NCBI GenBank assembly: GCA_040005775.1
Contig: JBDTYI010000049.1
Coordinates: 1-58,791 of the forward strand
Source: Solirubrobacteraceae bacterium
GTDB taxonomy: Bacteria > Actinomycetota > Thermoleophilia > Solirubrobacterales > Solirubrobacteraceae
Direction: 5' to 3'
Length of the DNA stretch: 58,791 bases
This document shows positions 29,849-38,935 of the stretch, one piece after another. The position numbers and the translations under genes were made by a program. The notes under the pieces were generated by a model. That model did no database searches. It worked only from the letters and a program-made list of their open reading frames with translations, and was not told where the DNA came from. Positions within the stretch are counted from its first letter, which is position 1. The number at the start of each line of letters is the position of its first letter.

Positions 29849-31224
29849 GACGCCGCCCCCACCCTCGTGCGCTCTGCCGCCACGGCGGCGCCGAGCACCT
29901 CGACGAGGCGGTCGATGTCCTTGCGCGAGCGCTGCTCGGTGAGCGCGACGAGCAGGCCGTCGGGAAACTCGTCGTACTCGCGGCCCAGCGCGAAGCCGGG
30001 GTTGACGCCCTGCTCCTGGCAGCGGCGGATGACCGCGTCGACATCGGCGTCCAGGCGCACGGCGAACTCGCGCACGACCGGCTGCTCGTGCAGGGCGCTG
30101 ACGCCGTCGAGCGCCACCAATGCCTCGCGGGCGTAGTGCGTGCGCTGCAGCAGCAGCTCGCCGAGCTCGACCAGGCCCTCGCGGCCCAGCCAGCTGAGGT
30201 AGACGACCCCGGCCAGCGCGTTGAGCGCCTGCGCGGTGCAGATGTTCGACGTGGCCTTCTCGCGGCGGATGTGCTGCTCGCGCGTCTGGAGCGTGAGCAC
30301 GAAGCCGCGGCGCCCGTCGACGTCGGTGGTCTCGCCGGCGATGCGGCCCGGCATGCGCCGCAGGTAGGCCTGGGTGGCGGCGAAGAACCCGAACGACGGG
30401 CCGCCGAAGTCCAGCCGGTTGCCGAGCGTCTGTCCCTCGCCGACCGCGACATCGACGCCGCACTCGCCCGGGGGCTTGACGATGCCCAGCGGGATCGGGT
30501 CGTAGGAGCCCACGACGACGGCAGGCGATTCCTTGGCGGCGCCCGCGAGCGCCTCGGCGTCCTCGACCGCGCCGAGGAAGTTCGGCTGCTGGAAGATGAC
30601 GGCGCCGGTCTCGCCGTCGATCGCCTCCGCCCACGCGTCGGGGTCGGTGACGCCGTCGCGCAGCTCGATCTCGACGACCTCATGGCCGTAGCCGGCGGCG
30701 AGGGTCGCGAGGGCGGCGCGAGCGTGCGGGTGCACGCCCCGGGACACGACGACCCTGCCCTTGCCGTTGGCGATGTGCGCCAGGTACGCGGCGGCCGCGA
30801 CGGCGCTTGGACCCTCATAGACGCTCGCGTTGGACACCGGCAGGGCCGTGAGCTCGCTGATCGCCGTCTGGTACTCGAACATCACCTGCAGCCCGCCCTG
30901 GGAGATCTCGGGCTGGTAGGGCGTGTAGGGCGTCAGGAACTCCGAGCGGCCCATGAGCATGTCGATCACCGCAGGGACGTAGTGGTCGTACATCCCGGCG
31001 CCCAGGAACGTGATCTCGTCCTCGGCCGACGTGTTGCGGGCGGCCAGCTCGCGCAGGTGCGCGTAGACCTCCTGCTCGGGCAGGCCCTCGGGCAGGTCGA
31101 GCGGCCCCTCGAGGCGCACGCCGGCGGGGATCTGGCGGTCGAAGATCTCCTGGAGGCTCGAGACGCCGATCTCGGCGAGCATCGCCTCCAGGTCGGCGTC
31201 GGTGGTGGCGGTGTAGCGCGACAA
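29845..31224 (-). CDS. gcvPA: Glycine dehydrogenase (decarboxylating) subunit 1
   Basis: 459 aa: MSRYTATTDADLEAMLAEIGVSSLQEIF..GAGMYDHYVPAVID..TPYQPEISQGGLQ.. Confidence 0.9.
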   Translation of the reverse strand: MSRYTATTDADLEAMLAEIGVSSLQEIFDRQIPAGVRLEGPLDLPEGLPEQEVYAHLRELAARNTSAEDEITFLGAGMYDHYVPAVIDMLMGRSEFLTPYTPYQPEISQGGLQVMFEYQTAISELTALPVSNASVYEGPSAVAAAAYLAHIANGKGRVVVSRGVHPHARAALATLAAGYGHEVVEIELRDGVTDPDAWAEAIDGETGAVIFQQPNFLGAVEDAEALAGAAKESPAVVVGSYDPIPLGIVKPPGECGVDVAVGEGQTLGNRLDFGGPSFGFFAATQAYLRRMPGRIAGETTDVDGRRGFVLTLQTREQHIRREKATSNICTAQALNALAGVVYLSWLGREGLVELGELLLQRTHYAREALVALDGVSALHEQPVVREFAVRLDADVDAVIRRCQEQGVNPGFALGREYDEFPDGLLVALTEQRSRKDIDRLVEVLGAAVAAERTRVGAAS

Positions 31225-31247
31225 GTCGGTCCTTCTCGGGTCGGGTC

Positions 31248-31634
31248 CTAAGAGAGCTGGGCCTGGTAGGCGGCGACGTCCATCAGGCTGTCCTTCTCGG
31301 ATACGTCGCTCAGCCTCACCTTGACCAACCAGCCCTCACCGTAGGGGTCCTCGTTGATTGCCTCGGGACTGTCGCCCAGACCGGTGTTGACCTCGACGAT
31401 CTCGCCCGACAGCGGCGCGATGACGTCAGAGACGGCCTTGACCGACTCGACCTCGGCGTAGGGCTCGTCCTTCTTGATCGAGGTGCCGACCTCGGGCGGG
31501 TCGAAGAAGACGACCTCGCCCAGGGCATCCTGAGCGAACCAGGTGATCCCCATCGTGGCGACGTCGTCGTCGATCCGTGCCCAGTCGTGCTCGGCGTGGT
31601 ACAGCAGGTCCTCGGGGTAGCTCGCGTCAGCCAT
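31248..31634 (-). CDS. gcvH: Glycine cleavage system H protein
   Basis: 128 aa with lipoyl-lysine motif EVESVKAVSDVIAPLSGEIVEVN. Confidence 0.9.
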   Translation of the reverse strand: MADASYPEDLLYHAEHDWARIDDDVATMGITWFAQDALGEVVFFDPPEVGTSIKKDEPYAEVESVKAVSDVIAPLSGEIVEVNTGLGDSPEAINEDPYGEGWLVKVRLSDVSEKDSLMDVAAYQAQLS

Positions 31635-32898
31635 CGGTCTCCTTGACGTACAGGGGCTTCTTGGCGACCACGGCGGGGCGCTGCTTGCCGCGGACGTCGA
31701 TCGTCAGCTCGGTGCCGGGCGCAGCCGTGGTGGCCGGCACGTAGGCCAGGCCGATCCCGGCCTCGAGGCACGGCGACATGGTGCCGCTCGTGACCTCGCC
31801 GCCACCCTTGATCGGGTTTCCCTGGCGGGCGATGCCGGGGCCGGTGAGGCGGAAGGCGACGAGCTTCTCGGCCGGGCCGATGTTCCGCGTGCCCGCGATC
31901 GCCTCGGAGCCGATGAAGCCGGTGGCCTCCTTGCAGGCCCAGCCCAGGCCGGCCTCGATCGGGCCGCGGGACTCCATGAGGTCGTTGCCGTAGAGGTGGT
32001 AACAGACCTCCATGCGCAGCGTGTCGCGCGCGCCGAGGCCCGCCGGGGTGGCGCCGCGGCGGACGACCTCGTCCCAGAGCGCGACGGCGTCGCCGGGATC
32101 GCAGAGCAGCTCGACACCGTCCTCGCCGGTGTAGCCGGTGCCGCAGACCAGCACCGAGCGGCCGACGAGGGTGCGCGTGGCGGTCGCGAAGCGCTCGGGC
32201 AGGGGCGCGTCGCTGATGGTCTGGACGATCTCGCGGGCGGCCGGGCCCTGGACGGCGAGCATCGCGTAGCGGTCGTGAGCGTCGGTCAGCTCGATGTCGA
32301 AGCCGCCGGAGTGCGCCGCGAACCAGTCGAAGTCCCTCTCGTGGTTCGACGCGTTGGTGACGGTCAGGAAGTGGTCGGCGGCCAGGCGGTAGGTGAAGAG
32401 GTCGTCGAGCACGCCGCCGTCGTCGCGGCACAGGACGCTGTACTGCGCCCCGCCGACCGGGACCGTCGACACGTCGTTGGAGAGCAGGCGCTGGAGCAAG
32501 TCCAAGGCCTGCGGGCCGGAGGTCTCGATCTCGCCCATGTGCGAGACGTCGAAGATGCCGCAGGAGCTGCGAACGGCCATGTGCTCGGGGCGCACGCCTT
32601 CGTATTGCACGGGCATCTCCCAGCCCGCGAATCCCACCAGCCGGGCCCCGGCCTCGGCGTGGCGGGCGTGCAGCGGGGTGCGCTTCAGGGCAGGGGAAGA
32701 GGTCGGGGCGGCCACCGCGGCTGACCCTAGCAACGCGGCCGATCCGTCCCCGGGGCGGTGTGGCCAGCTGTTCTGGGCTTCGCGCGTCGCGTAGATCTGC
32801 ACGAGCAGCTCGTGCAGGAGCTCGTCGAGCTCATCCATGCTGGTCTCGCAGAGCGTCTCGATGTGCTCCGCGAGATCCTCCGCCGTCATGTCCGCCAC
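31627..32898 (-). CDS. gcvT: Aminomethyltransferase (glycine cleavage T protein) with an unusual roughly 70-aa N-terminal extension; start uncertain
   Basis: The canonical GcvT N-terminus LKRTPLHARHAEAGARLVGFAGWEMPVQYEG begins near 32688. The open frame continues upstream through a linker into a strongly coding-looking acidic helical segment. Possible starts are GTG 32898, ATG 32889 and GTG 32715. Confidence 0.85.
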   Translation of the reverse strand: MADMTAEDLAEHIETLCETSMDELDELLHELLVQIYATREAQNSWPHRPGDGSAALLGSAAVAAPTSSPALKRTPLHARHAEAGARLVGFAGWEMPVQYEGVRPEHMAVRSSCGIFDVSHMGEIETSGPQALDLLQRLLSNDVSTVPVGGAQYSVLCRDDGGVLDDLFTYRLAADHFLTVTNASNHERDFDWFAAHSGGFDIELTDAHDRYAMLAVQGPAAREIVQTISDAPLPERFATATRTLVGRSVLVCGTGYTGEDGVELLCDPGDAVALWDEVVRRGATPAGLGARDTLRMEVCYHLYGNDLMESRGPIEAGLGWACKEATGFIGSEAIAGTRNIGPAEKLVAFRLTGPGIARQGNPIKGGGEVTSGTMSPCLEAGIGLAYVPATTAAPGTELTIDVRGKQRPAVVAKKPLYVKETDG

Positions 32899-32939
32899 GG
32901 TTGCCCCCAGGTTCGCGTGCCTTACACGAACGACGCTAC

Positions 32940-32966
32940 GTCGGCCGCCGGCGGCCGGCGCCCGAC
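32940..32966 (-). terminator. GC-rich hairpin between ftsZ and gcvT (possible ftsZ terminator)
   Basis: GTCGG-C-CGCCGG..CCGGCG-C-CCGAC: 11 bp with one C/C mismatch and a 3-nt loop. It lies about 30 nt after the ftsZ stop and is followed on the mRNA strand by GUAGCGUCGUUCGUGU. Confidence 0.35.
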
Positions 32967-32996
32967 CTTCGTTCAGGTTCGCGACCGCGCCCGCGG

Positions 32997-34091
<1,095 letters not shown>

Positions 34092-34162
34092 GAGATTCCG
34101 ACCGAGCCTCGATCTAGGGTTGAAGGTCTTTTCCGCGCCCCCGGTCGAGCGTCGCGGGAAGG

Positions 34163-34192
34163 ACGGTATGCACGGGAATCGAACCGTGTCAA
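34163..34192 (-). promoter_or_regulatory. Candidate ftsZ promoter
   Basis: The minus strand reads TTGACA (34192..34187), an 18-nt spacer, then TACCGT (34168..34163, TAnnnT). It lies in the only clearly lower-GC island of the dcw cluster, about 70 nt upstream of the ftsZ ATG. Confidence 0.4.
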
Positions 34193-34295
34193 CGCACACT
34201 CTACGCCAGCAAGGTTCCTTGCAAGTTCCAGAACCCTCTAGTCGTCGTTGAGTGTTAGGGGTCCAGGCAGGCTCAACCCCAAGTTGAGGGTCAGG

Positions 34296-35138
34296 TCATG
34301 GGGCGGCGGGAGCCGGGGTCGCCGGCTGGACGGGTGCAGGGGTGGTGGTGGAGGGCTGAGCGGGCTGCGCGCCGACGGTTCCGCCGGTTGCCGTCGGCGC
34401 GGTCTGCGGGTGCAGTGGCGCGAGCCCGCCGGCCGCCGCGCGCTCGGGCAGGCGGACGTCGAGGTACGTCGCGCCGGCCGAGGTCTTGTCCTGGAGCACG
34501 CGCACGACCGCGGTCCACTTGGCGGCGAGCCGATCGGTTCCGCCGAAGTACAGGGCGGGCCCGTCGGCGAGGCGGACGGTCAGGCCGCGCTCCCCCACGA
34601 ACGCCCGCTCGGCCTGTCCGCGGACCTGGGCGGGCGCGGCGGCGAGGAGCTTCACGAGCGCCTTCGTGCGCGGGTCGGTGACGGTGTCGGTCGCGGGCGG
34701 GCGGCGAGTGGAGATGGCCGGGAGGCCTCGGCTCGTGCTCCCGCGCAGGACAGTCCCGTCCGCGGCGATCGGCAGGCCCGCGCCCGGCCCGGAGACGACG
34801 CCGACGGCGACGTGCTCGTGGACGGTGATGTGGATGCCGTGGGGAAAGTCGGAGTTCGCGCTGACGCCGATGACCGCCGGGAAGGGCTGGACCGCGGTCT
34901 CCAGCTGGCCGTCGCGCACGTGAAGCGTGGTCATCGACCGCGCGGCCTGCTCGAGGGCGGCGCGAACGCGCGGGGCGTCGGCGCCGCTGACACCCGAGAC
35001 GGTGACCTTCCGCACCGAGACCAGGCTCGAGTCGCGCAGCCACAGCCAGCCGCCGGCGATGACGACCAGAACGCCGGCGAAGGCGGCGAGCGTGCGAACG
35101 TGCGGGCGAGGCAGCGGCGGCAGGGCGGGCGTGCGCAT
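34296..35138 (-). CDS. ftsQ: Cell division protein FtsQ/DivIB (TM, POTRA and FtsQ domains, with a Pro/Thr/Ala-rich tail)
   Basis: Track ORF 34296..35669 trimmed to ATG 35138, giving MRTPALPPLPRPHVRTLAAFAGVLVVIAGGWLWL (TM). The POTRA-like region is VRKVTVSGVSGADAPRVRAAL..VSANSDFPHGIHITVHEH. Upstream in-frame codons have poor GC3. Confidence 0.75.
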   Translation of the reverse strand: MRTPALPPLPRPHVRTLAAFAGVLVVIAGGWLWLRDSSLVSVRKVTVSGVSGADAPRVRAALEQAARSMTTLHVRDGQLETAVQPFPAVIGVSANSDFPHGIHITVHEHVAVGVVSGPGAGLPIAADGTVLRGSTSRGLPAISTRRPPATDTVTDPRTKALVKLLAAAPAQVRGQAERAFVGERGLTVRLADGPALYFGGTDRLAAKWTAVVRVLQDKTSAGATYLDVRLPERAAAGGLAPLHPQTAPTATGGTVGAQPAQPSTTTPAPVQPATPAPAAP

Positions 35139-35334
35139 CCACGCGGGCCTTCGACGGGGCTGGGCGAACTCCTCCCGAAGAGGCCACCCGCGGACCCCCC
35201 GACGGCCCACACGGGCGCCTCGCGGCGCCTGCCGCGACCGCTGACCCTCACCGATACAACCAGTATCGACTTCGGATATCGGCGACGGCAGGCATCCACG
35301 ATTCGGCCGTCTGGCCCCGCCGCGGAGTCCCCGG

Positions 35335-36381
35335 ATGACCTCTAAGGTGCCCGCCGTGCTGCTCTCCGAGCTCACCACGCTGCATTTGGGCGGCCCCGCC
35401 GGCGCGGTCGTCGACGCCGCCACCGAGGCCGAGCTCGTCGGCGCGGTGCGCGAGCTCGACGCCGCGGGCGAGCCGACGCTCGTGCTCGCCGGGGGCTCGA
35501 ACGTCGTGGTCGCCGACGCGGGCTTCCCCGGCACGGTCGTGCGGGCGGTCACGCGCGGCGTCGCCCGGGACGCCGCGCGGGTCGAGGTCGCCGCGGGCGA
35601 GTCGTGGGACGCGCTGGTGGAGCGCTGCGTGGCCGATGGCCTGTCGGGGGTCGAGTGCCTCTCCGGCATCCCCGGCTCGGTCGGCGCGACGCCGATCCAG
35701 AACGTCGGCGCCTACGGCCAGGAGGTCGCCGAGACGATCACGGGCGTCCGCGCGCTGGACCGGCGCAGCGGCGAGATCGTGTCGCTCGCCCCCACCGACT
35801 GCGCGTTCGCCTACCGCTCTAGCGCCTTCAAGCGCGATCCGGGCCATTGGCTCGTGCTCGCGGTCGAGTTCGCGCTGGAGCCCAGCGGGGCGTCGGCGCG
35901 CGTGCGCTATGCAGAGCTCGCGCGGACACTCGGCGTCGAGCTGGGTGACCGCGCCCCCCTCGACGCGGTCCGCGAGGCGGTGCTGAGCCTGCGCCGCGGC
36001 AAGGGCATGGTCCTCGACCCCTGCGATCCGGACACCGTCTCGGCGGGCTCGTTCTTCACCAACCCGGTCCTCGACCCCGACGCGTTCGCCGCCTTCGAGG
36101 CACGTGCGGGCGCGCCGCCGCCGCGCTGGCAGGAGGAGGGCCAAGTGAAGACCTCGGCCGCCTGGCTGATCGAGCGCGCCGGGTTCACCAAGGGGTACGG
36201 CGACCCCGAAGGCATCGCGATCTCGTCGAAGCACACGCTCGCGCTGACGAACCGCGGGGCGGGCACGACCGCGCAGCTCGTCGCCCTCGCCCGCGAGATC
36301 GCTGCCAGGGTCCACGACCGCTTCGGCGTGGACATCGTGCCCGAGCCCGTGTTCGTCGGCCACTCCTGGGACGGGGTGTGA
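35335..36381 (+). CDS. murB: UDP-N-acetylenolpyruvoylglucosamine reductase
   Basis: 348 aa with LSELTTLHLGGPA and LVLAGGSNVVVAD (FAD-binding); the C-terminal MurB domain contains SAGSFFTNP. GGAG lies 8 nt upstream. It is on the opposite strand to the rest of the dcw cluster. Confidence 0.9.
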   Translation: MTSKVPAVLLSELTTLHLGGPAGAVVDAATEAELVGAVRELDAAGEPTLVLAGGSNVVVADAGFPGTVVRAVTRGVARDAARVEVAAGESWDALVERCVADGLSGVECLSGIPGSVGATPIQNVGAYGQEVAETITGVRALDRRSGEIVSLAPTDCAFAYRSSAFKRDPGHWLVLAVEFALEPSGASARVRYAELARTLGVELGDRAPLDAVREAVLSLRRGKGMVLDPCDPDTVSAGSFFTNPVLDPDAFAAFEARAGAPPPRWQEEGQVKTSAAWLIERAGFTKGYGDPEGIAISSKHTLALTNRGAGTTAQLVALAREIAARVHDRFGVDIVPEPVFVGHSWDGV

Positions 36382-36420
36382 CGCCTGGACGGTCATAGAG
36401 ACCGTCAACGCGTCACACCC
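36373..36420. terminator. 48-nt compound palindrome at the convergent murB/murC junction (bidirectional terminator candidate)
   Basis: Outer 12-bp perfect helix GGGGTGTGACGC/GCGTCACACCCC (36373-84 / 36409-20). Inner 6-bp helix GACGGT/ACCGTC (36388-93 / 36401-06) with a 7-nt loop. The murB stop TGA (36379-81) lies inside the outer arm. Confidence 0.5.
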
Positions 36421-36435
36421 CTCCTCGCCGCGCTG

Positions 36436-37773
36436 TTACGCCACCAAGCGCCGTCCCAGCGCGTCGACGTCGCCCGCGCCCAGCACGAGCACCAGATCGT
36501 CGCGGCGCAGGAGCCCGCGCAGGGCCTTCTCAGCGTCGTCGAAGCCCGGCATCCAGAGCACCGGGCGCCCGCCGGCGTGCTCGGCCGCCTCGCGGGCGAT
36601 CAGCAGGCCGCTGACGCCGGGGAAGTCCTCGGCGCGCTCACGGGCCGGGTAGACGTCGAGCAGCACGGCGACGTCGGCTTGCGCGAGCGCGGCGCCGAAC
36701 TCACGCGCGAACGCGGCGGTGCGGGAGAACAGATGGGGCTGGAAGACGGCGATGAGCCGCCGCGGCCCCCGCGTGCGCGCCGCGGCGATGGTGGCCGCGA
36801 CCTCGGTCGGGTGGTGGGCGTAGTCGTCGACGACGGCCGCGCCCTCGCGCGTGTGGCCCAGCGGCTGGAAGCGACGCCCGGCGCCGCCGAAGTCCGCCAG
36901 CGCCGCGGCGGCCGCGGCCTCGTCGGCGCCCGCGAGCACGCAGGCCTCCAGCGCCGCGGCGGCGTTCAGGGCGTTGTGGGCGCCGGGCACCGGCAGGCGC
37001 ACCTCGTGGCCGCGCCAGAGGAAGCGGACGCCGCCGCCGGAGAGGTCGGGGTCGGGCACGTCGAAGGCCGCGACCGGACCTTCGCCGCGCAGCGAGAGGA
37101 TCTCGGGCCGGTCCCAGAGCACGGCCTGCGGCGCGCCGGCGAGCAGGGTCCGAAATGCCTCGCGCAGCTCCCCGAGCGAGCCGTAGGTGGCGTGGTGGTC
37201 GAGCTCGACGTTCGTCACCACCGCGATGTCCACGTCGAGCGAGAGCATCGAGCGGTCCGACTCGTCGGCCTCGACGACGAGCCAGTCGCCGTCGCGCCAG
37301 TCGGCGTTGCGCCCGGTGGTGGTCAGGGCGCCGCCGATCAGGTAGCTGGGCTCCAGACCGCAGCGCAGCAGGATGTGCGCGGCCATCGAGGACGTCGTCG
37401 TCTTGCCGTGGGCTCCGGCCACCGCGATCGTGCGCTTGAGCGCGCTGAGGTCGGCCAGCAGCGCGGCCCGCGGGCGGTCGGGCAGCCCGCGCGCGGCGGC
37501 GGCGGCGCGCTCGGGGTTGTCGGGCGCGATCGCGCTGGAGTGCACGACCTCGACGTCGTCGCCCGCGGGCACGTTCTCGGCCGCGTGGCCGACGTGCGCG
37601 TCGACGCCCAGGGCGCGCAGCTCCTCCAGCCCGGCGGACTCCGCGCGGTCCGAACCGGACACCGCCGCGCCCAGGGCGACCGCGGCGCGGGCGTAGCCGC
37701 TCATCCCGGCGCCGCCGAGCCCGACGAGGTGCAGGCGCCGGCCAGCCCAGGGCCGGTTCGTGAGAGTTGTCAT
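36436..37773 (-). CDS. murC: UDP-N-acetylmuramate--L-alanine ligase
   Basis: Track ORF 36436..38118 trimmed to ATG 37773, giving MTTLTNRPWAGRRLHLVGLGGAGMSGYA. The ATP site is VAGAHGKTTTSSM. Confidence 0.9.
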   Translation of the reverse strand: MTTLTNRPWAGRRLHLVGLGGAGMSGYARAAVALGAAVSGSDRAESAGLEELRALGVDAHVGHAAENVPAGDDVEVVHSSAIAPDNPERAAAAARGLPDRPRAALLADLSALKRTIAVAGAHGKTTTSSMAAHILLRCGLEPSYLIGGALTTTGRNADWRDGDWLVVEADESDRSMLSLDVDIAVVTNVELDHHATYGSLGELREAFRTLLAGAPQAVLWDRPEILSLRGEGPVAAFDVPDPDLSGGGVRFLWRGHEVRLPVPGAHNALNAAAALEACVLAGADEAAAAAALADFGGAGRRFQPLGHTREGAAVVDDYAHHPTEVAATIAAARTRGPRRLIAVFQPHLFSRTAAFAREFGAALAQADVAVLLDVYPARERAEDFPGVSGLLIAREAAEHAGGRPVLWMPGFDDAEKALRGLLRRDDLVLVLGAGDVDALGRRLVA

Positions 37774-37948
37774 AGAACGCGCGCAACCTCGGGCGCTTCC
37801 GGCCGTTGAATGGGTCGGATGAAGCCGGTCTCCCCCACCCGCTGGCGCGCGTTGCCCACCGCCATGCTCGTGATCCTCGCGATCGCGCTGGGCGCCGTCA
37901 CGGCGCGGGCCGACGACGGCGCACCGCGGCCGAGCTCGCCCGGCCCCG

Positions 37949-38917
37949 TCACGCCGGCTGCGGTGCGCTGACCAGCAGCGACGCGCCGATCGCCCCGCCC
38001 AGGTCGCCCAGCTCCGCGAGCACCACCGCGGGCGGGTCTGAGTCCTTGAACAGGTGGGGCAGCATCGCGGCGCGGATGCGCTCGACGTAGGGCTCGCCCA
38101 TCCGCAGGCCCATCCCACCGCCGATGACCACGGCCTCGATGTCGAGCAGGTTGACCGCCGACGCGACGCCCGCGCCGAGGGCGGCGACGGCCTCGGCCAT
38201 CAGCGACTCGGCCAGCTCGTCGCCCTGGTCCAGCGCGCGCGACCAGATGCCGCTCGACAGCCGCTCGCGGTCGCGCTTCTCCATGATCTTGAACAGCTCG
38301 GTGTGCTCGCCGGCCTCGTGGCGGCGACGCGCCTCGCGCTCCATCGACCCGCGCCCGGCGTAGGCCTCCATGCAGCCCTTGCGCCCGCAGCCGCAGCGCC
38401 GGCCGCCCAGCTTCACGACCATGTGGCCGACCTCGCCGGCCGACGAGCGCCCGAGCCAGGCCTGACGCTCGAGCACGACCCCGCCGCCGACCCCGGTGCC
38501 CCAGAAGACCCCGAGCAGCGAGCTGAAGGCCCGCCCGGCGCCCAGGGCGACCTCGGCGTCGGTGGCCACCTGCACGTCGTTGCCGATCGCCACGCGTGTC
38601 CCGAGGCGGTCGGACAGCGCGTCGCGCAGCTGGAACGCCCCCTCCCAGCCGGGGATGTTGACGACCTCCGAGACGGTGCCGAGCTCGTTCTCGACGGCCC
38701 CGGGCGAGCCCACGCCGGCGCCGTCGAGCGCGGTCGCCTCGGTGCCCGCCTGGGTGGCGGCCTCCTGGAGGGCGACGACCATCTCGGCCGCGACACCCTC
38801 GGGGCCGCTGTCGGTCGGCGTCGGCCGGCGCGACTGGCCGCGGACCGCGCCGGTGTCGTCGACCACCGCGGCCTGGATCTTCGTGCCGCCGAGGTCGATG
38901 CCGCCGTGCAGAGCCAT
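37949..38917 (-). CDS. ROK family sugar kinase (glucokinase-like)
   Basis: 322 aa starting MALHGGIDLGGTKIQAAVVD. The ROK signature is GNDVQVATDAEV..GTGVGGGVV and the zinc motif is GHMVV..RRCGCGRKGCMEAY. Confidence 0.85.
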   Translation of the reverse strand: MALHGGIDLGGTKIQAAVVDDTGAVRGQSRRPTPTDSGPEGVAAEMVVALQEAATQAGTEATALDGAGVGSPGAVENELGTVSEVVNIPGWEGAFQLRDALSDRLGTRVAIGNDVQVATDAEVALGAGRAFSSLLGVFWGTGVGGGVVLERQAWLGRSSAGEVGHMVVKLGGRRCGCGRKGCMEAYAGRGSMEREARRRHEAGEHTELFKIMEKRDRERLSSGIWSRALDQGDELAESLMAEAVAALGAGVASAVNLLDIEAVVIGGGMGLRMGEPYVERIRAAMLPHLFKDSDPPAVVLAELGDLGGAIGASLLVSAPQPA

Positions 38918-38935
38918 GGCCCGGACGCTACCCGC

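Noticed and set aside
32901-32911. A partial match (CCUGGGGGCAA) to the conserved CCGAAGGGGCAA core of glycine riboswitches, just upstream of gcvT.
   Set aside because: I found no GGAGAG P1 element, no CUCAGGCAAAAGGAC-like closing segment and no second aptamer. Only about 100 nt are available, and the downstream region looks coding. A covariance-model search would be needed to be certain.
34175-34185. A tRNA T-arm-like 11-mer GGTTCGATTCC on the minus strand in the ftsQ-ftsZ spacer, raising the possibility of a tRNA gene, tRNA remnant or att site.
   Set aside because: The flanking bases do not form a 5-bp T-stem with a 7-nt loop (CACGG / CCCGT mispairs). No acceptor, D or anticodon arms can be built from the surrounding sequence. 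The 11-mer coincides with the spacer of the candidate ftsZ promoter.
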